A stretch of DNA of 63,818 nucleotides, filler included, from Reticulomyxa filosa (Eukaryota > Protista > Foraminifera), in NCBI GenBank assembly GCA_000512085.1. It is 11 parts of 11 records of this genome, joined end to end, with 100 filler letters (N's around TTAATTAATTAA, not from the genome) between each part and the next. Parts side by side here need not be neighbours in the genome. Positions count along the whole stretch, not along the records: positions 54,826 to 56,765 come from ASPP01018489.1; positions 56,866 to 60,330 come from ASPP01026848.1; positions 60,431 to 63,818 come from ASPP01007982.1; 8 more parts are not named here. The stretch is one strand, 5' to 3'. Every line of letters starts with the position of its first letter. Within the stretch, counting starts at the first letter, position 1. The translations under genes and the position numbers were made by a program. A model generated the notes under the pieces. It was not told where the DNA came from. It did no database searches and saw only the letters and a program-made list of their open reading frames with translations. Positions 55,377 through 63,818 of this stretch are shown in pieces.

Positions 55377-56371
55377 ATGACAACTCCTGTTAACAATAAA
55401 AAGCAAGCTTTAATGCAGCTCGTATTGGTAAGCTTCGTTGCAACTGTTCAGAAAGTTGGTTTGTATTGTATTCGTGTATGATTTATGATTGAATCAGGCA
55501 GAAGTAAATGAAATTCAAGTAATTGTGCAGCATTGGATACGAATATTAAACATTAAATTAGGATGGATCCATGATATGGACGAACTTGTTGTCGATTATG
55601 CTATGTCACTGCTGAAGATACAACAAATATTTCCGGTAAATAAAAAAAAACAAGTCTTTTTTTTTGTTTTGTTTAAAAAAAAAAAAAAAATGACATTTTT
55701 ACAAATAAATAAAAAAGTTATCAGATCTAGGAATAGCTAAACAGTCAATAAAATTTGCTGCTGTTACAATAGCTAGCCCACATTCCGTTGTTGTCAAAGA
55801 AGAAGACAATGTTCACATTATCAGAATATCAACTAAAGAAAAAATGACATTGCCACTTTCTGTGAATTCTGTTATTTTGAACCCAATAAGCAATGTTGTG
55901 TCTTTTTTTTTTTTTTTAAATATTTAATATATATAATCTTTTTTTTTTTTTTTTTAGATAGGTATTGGCCTTGCAAGGTAACTTGTTTCATTTTATTTTA
56001 TATTTTCCTTTTGAATATTGTTGTTTGCAACAAACAAGGGTTGTTTTAAGACAATTCCATCAAAATCTATATACATATATATATATATTTTTTTTTTTGA
56101 GATGAAAAAAAACACTTGACACAATGCACAATATAAATGACAACAATGAAAAAGAAGGAAATAATTTGCAAATATATAATCTTGAGTCGAAATCAATAAT
56201 GAAGACGATTAAGGTGAATAGCGATATTTTGTTTTGGAGATGGCTAGACGGTCACACCATTGCATATGTGACTCCATTCGCAGTATACCATTGGAGTATG
56301 GAAGGTAACGGATTAGGTGAATTTGTTAAAAAGGAAAAGTAGAAAAAGAATGACAAGAGAACCTTTGACAC

Positions 56372-56415
<44 letters not shown>

Positions 56416-56728
56416 ATTTTATTTTTTTTTTTTGGAAAAACAAAAAAGGTGATGCAATCCCCGAAGAGAAGTTTGAAGTACTTCCAGGACAACCCCAAAC
56501 TCAATTTATCAGCTACGATTCGAGCAAAGACGGAAACTGGCTGTCTTTGCAAGGAATCGTGCAAAACGCAGAAATACAACAAATGGAAGGTGTATTGAAA
56601 TTGTACAGCGTGCAACATAAACGCTATCAACCAACAATGAATGCATTCGGTGGATGTTTTGCAGAAGTCACTTTAAGTGGACGAGAGTCGCCATGTATTT
56701 TGTTTTGCTTTGCTAGACTTGAGACAGT
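55377..56728 (+). CDS. 33-aa module fused to a divergent clathrin heavy-chain terminal domain (3'-truncated by the spacer)
   Basis: LSDLGIAKQSIKFAAVTIAS, SVILNPISNVLALQ, LQIYNLESKSIMK, FWRWLD...VYHWSMEG, GVLKLYSVQHKRYQ and ILFCFA are colinear with the clathrin heavy-chain N-terminal propeller. Confidence 0.85.
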
Positions 56729-57789
56729 TTAGTATTCATTTTTTTTTTTTTTTTTTTTTTTTTTTNNNNNNNNNNNNNNNNNNNNNNNNNNNNNNNNNNN
56801 NNNNNNNNNTTAATTAATTAANNNNNNNNNNNNNNNNNNNNNNNNNNNNNNNNNNNNNNNNNNNNAAACTACAAAACATCATAGAACTCCTTTATGCTGG
56901 AATATTAATTTCAATCCAACAAGATTCATATCACAAGCTTTGGAATTTATCTTGTTTTGTTTTGAATGTCTTTGTGTTGAATGAAGATATCGACGACATA
57001 GGATATACGTTCTTACTGTTAATACAAAATTCATTATAAATTATGGAATTGATGTTTTGACGTTCTTCTGTTGTCTCAGATTTAAAATATTCCTGAATGA
57101 GGCAAATATGGATTGAATTGTGTGTATGTTCTGCTTCAGCAGTTGAGATTTTGAATAAAAGCATTTGATGTCGTTTTGGAAGATAATCAATTTGTTCATT
57201 GAAATCTCACATATTTGTGTTGTCCAGGACATTTTCTTGATCCAATTGGTTTTTATTCTTTAATAATGCATTAGTGCTTGAACGATTGAAATCGACAAGT
57301 TACCAATACATGAAATATAATTTAAGAAGAATGATTCAAAAAAGATCTTAACCTAGTTAAAAAGAGCAATTTATCACAAAAGGAACACAGTGCTATAATA
57401 AAAAACAAAAAGCAAAACTCATAATCGATAACAACAAGCAAAAAAATATATTTCAAATTTTGATTAAACATTAAAATATAAAAAAACAAGTCAAATATCT
57501 TGACTTGTTTGTAGCAAAGTGGCAAAATTTTGTTTGCTATTTTTGATTATTTCTTATATTTAGTCGTTATCGTGCTTCCTGCAACTTCGTTTGAGTAGTT
57601 GAAATATATGATATTTCACGATATCTGATATTTCAGCTATAAAAAATTTTTGTTTTTTTTAGTTTTGTCTTTGCGCCGCTTTCGCCACGAACTTTGCCAA
57701 CGATGAAATTGTTAAAAATTTTGAAGAGATTATTCGAAATTCTTTTAGATACTGCTAGATATTGCAGTATCTGCTTCTGTTTTCAATCT

Positions 57790-58400
57790 GACTAATCCTC
57801 CTGCTTCGAGGTATATTGATTCACGAAAGCGATTACGAAATCAAGAAGACATTGGAAGATTATGGATATCAAATACAAGAAGCTAAACGATTCAATAAGA
57901 TGCCAATTATTAAAGTGCCCTATACAATACTGAAAATATCAATGACATTCAGATTGTTGTAATATAAGGATCGGCATTGTCTATATTGTTATTTCTATTG
58001 TAAATTAATGACATTGTGGAACCAGTTCAAGATCCAATATAATGTGGGATGTTTGCAGATGATGAGGCAATGTGATAAAAGGAAGTGGAAAGACAATTAT
58101 CATTGATGCAAACAAGTTTGGATACAAAAATGAAATTGGAAATGAATGGGAATGATATTGAAGAAGCATAGCACGTGAAATACTTAGGACTGATTGTTGA
58201 TCAGCAAATGACATTACAGCAACACATTAACTACATTTACGGCAAAGCATCAAGGAAACTTGGATTTGGATTTATGCACTCGTATAAAGGAATTCGTCAA
58301 AGTTTATCTGTGTATAATTTATTGTACAAAACACAAAGAATCGCAATGTGCAGGAGTCTTGGAGTTATGAAATCAAGTGTTGGACTGTTTTTTGCAATCT
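57790..58400 (+). mobile_element. Heavily deleted non-LTR retrotransposon remnant (ORF1 piece + RT pieces)
   Basis: LRGILIHESDYEIKKTLEDYGY; GSALS..LFLL*INDI; CGMFADD; VKYLGLIVDQQMTLQQHINYIYGKASRKLG. Confidence 0.8.
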
Positions 58401-59365
58401 ATACTTGCACAAACTCAGGACTTTCAGTTAAAAGAGCACATAGTTCTAAGAAATAGAATACAGTATCAAAAAAGAAACACAAAAACAAAAGAAATACACA
58501 AAATCTTACAATGACCAAAAGGTCCATGTAAAATAATTAACAGAAAAACAATAAAGCTATTTCGATTTAAATTAAAATATGTCTTGAAAATTAATTCTTG
58601 GACATTTATTCACCAATTGCGACGTAATTCTTGATAACACAAACATTCTATCAAGAAATGATCGACAGTATCTTATTCTTTACACCAAATACAGATCTTT
58701 GGTTTTATACAAATAGTCATTCAATCCAACTTTAACAGTGACCAACAGACGATCTCGCGTTCGCTAAATGTCAATGAATGCAATACAATCTTTTCAAATG
58801 AATGTGCCTCCATCAGATGAGATTCAGCCAATGATTATTCAGGAATGTTTAGCTTTTCTGCGAGCATTATTTGCAACAAGATTTTTTTTTTTAGCTGGAA
58901 GAATGTAATTTTTGAATTGACAAAAGGAAAATATTGTAAAACAAGCAAACCACTCAAACTTGAACAGTACTAAATAATACGTTACAAAAAGTAACCAACA
59001 AATAACATTTTATTTTAGAATTTGTTTAGGTGAAGATAGAGATTGAATCCTTTATAACATTTCAAAATGATATCAATTTAACCCTCAAACTACAAAACTA
59101 TTGCAATCAAAGCAAAACAAGCACAAAATTTGTTGATTTTTTTTAAAGCTTTTGCACTGGGAGGGCTGTGAAGGTTTCAGACTACTCCTTTTTCATCATC
59201 CACTGATTTTGCGCTCTTACTCTGAACCACAAACGTGCAAACAAAAGCAAATTAAAGCATCTGGACCAAAATAGGTCATGGCACTAATAAAAGAAAACGA
59301 AAGATAATTACAATTGTCACAAAACGCAAAAGAAATATAAAGTTGTTTAAAATTTGTCAATCAGT

Positions 59366-59945
59366 TTATTTAAATTTTCCTTCCAGTTGCGACAACGAAC
59401 TTTGAAAGTCCTTGACGATTTTAATTCTTTTCTCAGGTTCCCATGTCCTGTATCCAACAATCAAACTTCTCAGGTTCGATATCTTGAATTGAAAATGCGA
59501 CAACAATGATCTCACTGCTGCACGCCATACATTACTAAGTCCTTCATAATGCGGACACTTCATTAGGAAATGTTCCACAGTTTCTTCTTCATCTTCACAC
59601 CACTTGCAATCTGGTGTGATTGATCTTTCAATCCCATTTTGCCTGTGATCACTCTGCAAATAAATCTACGCTCGTGTACTTTCAATTTGTGGAGTACAAT
59701 CAAATGGCTGGGCTTCGATCATGTTCCTGATGTACTCCTTCAGGTGCTTGTATGACTGCAATGCACTCTTATATGGTCTTCGATAGAGATTAGGTTAGTC
59801 CATTTCTGCTTTGAATTTTACTTTTTTCGCCACTGCATCTGCTCTTCATTCCCAGGTATTCCAGAATGTCCTTTAATCCAATAGATTTCAGGAATATCTT
59901 TTTCTTCAAGTCCTTTCATCATTCTTTGACATTTTGCAATCTGAG
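59366..59945 (-). mobile_element. Non-LTR retrotransposon ORF2 C-terminal remnant (RNase H + CCHC zinc finger)
   Basis: IYWIKGHSGIPGNE(fs)ADAVAK and PDCKWCEDEEETVEHFLMKCPHY. Confidence 0.8.
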
Positions 59946-60483
59946 ACTTGTTTTCGAAGTGTTGAAATATCAAGGAAATATTGAAATTCAATTCATCTCT
60001 TTTAACAAATTAACGCAAACTAAAACAAAATAAAATTTAAACACTTATTAAAGAAAAGTATGTGAATGTTGTTGCTATTGACATTTCGGCTTATTTAATA
60101 GAAAAGTTGTTCATTCTCGTTCGACATTCTTTCTTATTAATATTATTTTGTTTCGACTGTTCATTTTAGGTGTTTCGTTTGTTATCTCGTATATATCTGA
60201 TCTCGCGCAAAATCGCAATATCAGATATATAAAAGCTTTCAAATAAAAAAGATTTTTTATCACGATAAAAAAAATTTTACTTTTTTTTTTTTAGGTTTTT
60301 AGAGAATGTTGTAGCATTGAAATTCCAAAANNNNNNNNNNNNNNNNNNNNNNNNNNNNNNNNNNNNNNNNNNNNTTAATTAATTAANNNNNNNNNNNNNN
60401 NNNNNNNNNNNNNNNNNNNNNNNNNNNNNNATATATATATATGTATATGTACATTTATTTATTTACATGTATTTGTTTATTTA

Positions 60484-61089
60484 GTTACAACGTATTGTCC
60501 AATGTGCAAACTCTATTGTTGTGTGTGTGTGTGCGTGCATGTCGAACATGCAGCCGACTGTTGTCGCACTCGGATAATTGCAGCTATGAATTATATTGCT
60601 TGAACGACAAATGCGAAGGACAAACGACGCAAGCGCAACTGCTGATGAGTGACTATTACTTGGCCTGGATGGCACTGAACTGCCAATGCACGCGCACTGA
60701 CAACGTAAGTGTGACCACTCTGTCCTGGGACGAGATCGGCACTTTGGCCATCGAGCCCAATGTGGCTTCCTCTGGCGCTCCCGCGGAAATTCGCATCGTC
60801 TCGTTTGAGCTATATAACAACGACGGTGTCGAAGTGCAAGACGCGTTCGAAAAGAGCGTCGCGCTCTTCCCGGGAGCTAATCCGTCCATCACTTTCACTT
60901 TGACCGACGTATTCGGACAGTGCGTCGATGCGTCCATTTGGAATATCTCGGTCATACATTTTGGTCTGAGCTCTTTTCCCGATTGGCTGTCCATTACTGC
61001 TCAAGAGCAATTGTTTGTGCAGCACTAAACACATATTCACATCAATATTTTTATATTTTTATATTTTTATATTGATATATTGATATATT

Positions 61090-61120
<31 letters not shown>

Positions 61121-61482
61121 GTATGTGTTAACTAGAAATAAAACAAATAATGGATGCAGCTACATATTATTGAAATCAACCAACACAATGGTGCTTGAAG
61201 ACATACTAAATTATTCCAGCATAACCATTAGTGTGTTTGAAGATTATAAGAGAGCAGACATTCCTAACCAATTTGGACTTGTTTTATCTGATATCATATT
61301 CTTCAATTTGACCGTTTGTCCTCTGGGCTACGGGTCCTCTGACGCCTTGCAATGTTCCCCGTGTGTTCCCGGAACATTCAACCTTCATCCGCAATCGCTT
61401 GTCGCTTGTGATCGATGTCCAAAAGAAGGGATTATATGTGAAGGAGGGAACCGAGTGTTAGTTTAGTTTTTTTTTTTTTCAA

Positions 61483-61525
<43 letters not shown>

Positions 61526-63283
61526 TGAATATTCTGATGCAAAACAATTTTTTTTTTGCATAAAAAAAAGGTGGAACAAGATTACTGGGTACATCAACAG
61601 ACATCAGATTACAACGACGAAGGGCATTTTCTATCGGTGGTTTGTCCTTTGGATTATTGCTGCCAAGATTATACCTGTTTATACAATTTAGAGGGCAATA
61701 CCTTGTGTGCGTCTCATCGAGATGGTGCGGCCACGATGTGCGGGAAATGCAAGGAAGGGTATAGCGAGACAGTTGGCGCAGGCATGGGTTGCGATCAATG
61801 TGTTGGCACTAATTGGTGGATCGTAATCATCCCCGTCATCCCTTGCTTTGCTTTGGTGGTGTGGATATTGCGAAGCACGCCATTGCAAAAGCAACAAAAG
61901 AAGCAGCAAAGTCCAAAGCCCGTTCACGATGCGAAAAGCCGCGTCGAGGATAATGCAAAAGTGACAGGGGAAGCAGTCGCAGAAGGGGATTCTTTTGGTG
62001 GTAGTGATTCCATAAACTTATGGTTTTGGAATCCATTTTTATTTAAAATCATTGGCTACTTTTGTCAAAGTGTGACAGTATTTTTGAATCGAAACCTGAT
62101 TGCAATTTACGGGGCGATATTTTCGTTGTTTGGCCCGAGTTTGAATTATAGCTACAATGGCACACGAGATATTGGCTATTGTGTGTTCGAAGGGATGACG
62201 GCATTGCAACAGGCATTTTCGCCATTGTACATTGTGGCTCTGTTGTTTTTCATTTTCGCATTGTTTATGTGTGCTCCAAGGTCGTGGTACGTATACTTAC
62301 TTTGCTTCTCCTGGTGCAGCAGTAACAGATTTTGCAATAAAGATCGAGCCTCAGTTACAATGATGATGCAATCAAAAGCGTCATTGGCAGCAGCCAATGC
62401 AAGGAGCGAAGAAGAAGAAGAAGAAGACATGTTGAGACGGCCGTGGCTCCAAGACTCGACCGTGGCATCGATATCATCTCCAGTGTCCAACGATGACAAT
62501 GACAATGAAACGGAGCCAATAACAATGGAAACGACAATTGATTGGAAGGCAGCATTCGTGGTCTTGTTTTTATTTACATTTAATACGATGATTTGGTCGC
62601 TATTTAGTGTTCTGAGTTGTCGCTTTATCTCTGGATACGGATGGAGGCACTCCTTTGCAGGCGATCAGCATTGCTTTGATGCAGGATGGTGGATCGCGTT
62701 CGTATTTACGACGCTGCTGATGATCGCGATGGTGGGACTGTTTGTATATTTGGCGAAATGGAAGGAACCTTGGGAACGCAGGTCATCGCCCATTTGCTAT
62801 TACTACAAGGACGAAACGTGGTATTGGGAGTTTGTAATCATTGTGAGAAGAGTAACCATTATTCTCTTGACTCGGGTGTCGCCTTGGAAAAGATTCACCA
62901 ATTTATGTTTGACTCTGGTCGTTTGCCAGTTTTCATTGATGGCACAGTTGATGAAGAAACCTTTCAAACATCATCAACTAAATGTTTGGGAGTCCATTCT
63001 CTTAACTGTCTTAACCATGGTTTTAATCATTTGTGTCGCATATAACCAAGATGCCATTACCCAACATAAAGCCACCATCCTTATGTCAATCATTATGATC
63101 ACCCCTTTCATTGCTATTGCTTTCGAGGCTTTTCGCCAAAGGTTATGCTGTCAGGTTAGACGCCATTTTGATTGGAGTTTTGATGCTTCCACGTTGAACA
63201 AGTATTCGAGAAAATCTCGCAGCCATTTTGCTGTCGTTGTCTGGGATGCTCCTCAACCAGCTTCTTCTGACACGACCAAATAA
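60484..63283 (+). CDS. Large Cys-rich ectodomain + multi-TM membrane protein (5'-truncated by the spacer)
   Basis: CPLGYG..QCSPCVPGTF..CDRCP.EGIICEGG/..DYW..CPLDYCC..MCGKCKEGYS, then about 9 hydrophobic segments with YKDETWYWEFVIIVRR and KPFK..LNVWE. Confidence 0.78.
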
Positions 63284-63818
63284 ATATCAATTTTATTAGC
63301 TGCAATTGTTTTTAAAAATTGAAGTCAAAGATTTGCTTTGTGTTTTTTATTTTTTAAATGATATCAGTTATTAAACATTTTTTAACAATAACTCTTTTCT
63401 TTTTTTTAGGAATAGAAAGACTAGAAAGGGAACTAATTAATGATATTTTTTTTATTTCGTTTTTTATCGTTACCAGTTTTCTTTTCTAATTTTACAAAAC
63501 TAAAAACAATGTACGTCTTTAGCCTTCCAGGAGTTGTTGCTTTAAAAAAGACTTTTTCGATGAGTTGTCCACAATGAAGTGAATGGACACAATGGAAAAT
63601 TCGGAGCTTGTCAATATTTAGATTATAGAACCTTTCATTTGTATTATAAATATTTTTATTTGCAATTACACTTACAAATTCACCTGATGCATATTCCTTG
63701 TTACAATTCAAAAAATAGTAAAAAAAGGACAATGTTTTTAATCTATAAAAAATGAAATTATTTTTTTAACCAAAAAAACGAATTGTGGCAGAATTAGACC
63801 CCCTTTAGGAAAATAGTT

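Noticed and set aside
57747-60231. Short hairpins AGATACTGC/GCAGTATCT (57747-57772) and TATATATCTGAT/ATCAGATATATA (60190-60231)
   Set aside because: Single occurrences in AT-rich DNA near retroelement debris, with no supporting conservation.
63433-63732. 99-aa minus-strand ORF near the window end
   Set aside because: No ATG start or recognisable motif; AT-rich.

Overview
AT-rich, intron-rich eukaryotic (protist) genomic DNA, not prokaryotic. Ten identical 100-nt spacers (N44-TTAATTAATTAA-N44) split it into 11 contigs, so adjacency across spacers may not be biological. The WD40, Kelch and TRAF gene families and the many pseudogenes resemble what I recall of the foraminiferan Reticulomyxa filosa (inference, not a database result). 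Recognisable spliced genes: NRK/uridine-kinase-like P-loop kinase, GIDE-like membrane protein, F-box-like/RanBP2-zinc-finger protein, Rab18, three WD40 genes (one Kelch+WD40), a divergent G-alpha, Oxa1/YidC insertase, SLC30 zinc transporter, Rac GTPase, 2OG-Fe(II) oxygenase (probably a pseudogene), Mdm35/TRIAP1, SEY1/RHD3, an EamA transporter, a CAP-Gly protein, a clathrin-terminal-domain fusion and a Cys-rich multi-TM protein. Non-LTR retrotransposon debris is also present. Most interesting: (1) a ~500-nt repeated non-coding leader with compensatory base-pair changes, whose last helix ends exactly at an AUG in both copies (candidate IRES-like or retroelement leader RNA); (2) a portable 99-nt phase-0/0 exon encoding a conserved 33-aa module in front of beta-propellers, once fused in frame to a clathrin heavy-chain terminal domain; (3) a G-alpha lacking both catalytic residues (Arg->Tyr, Gln->Glu); (4) introns with A-tracts rather than pyrimidine tracts directly before the AG. 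All gene models and RNA structures were derived by eye.
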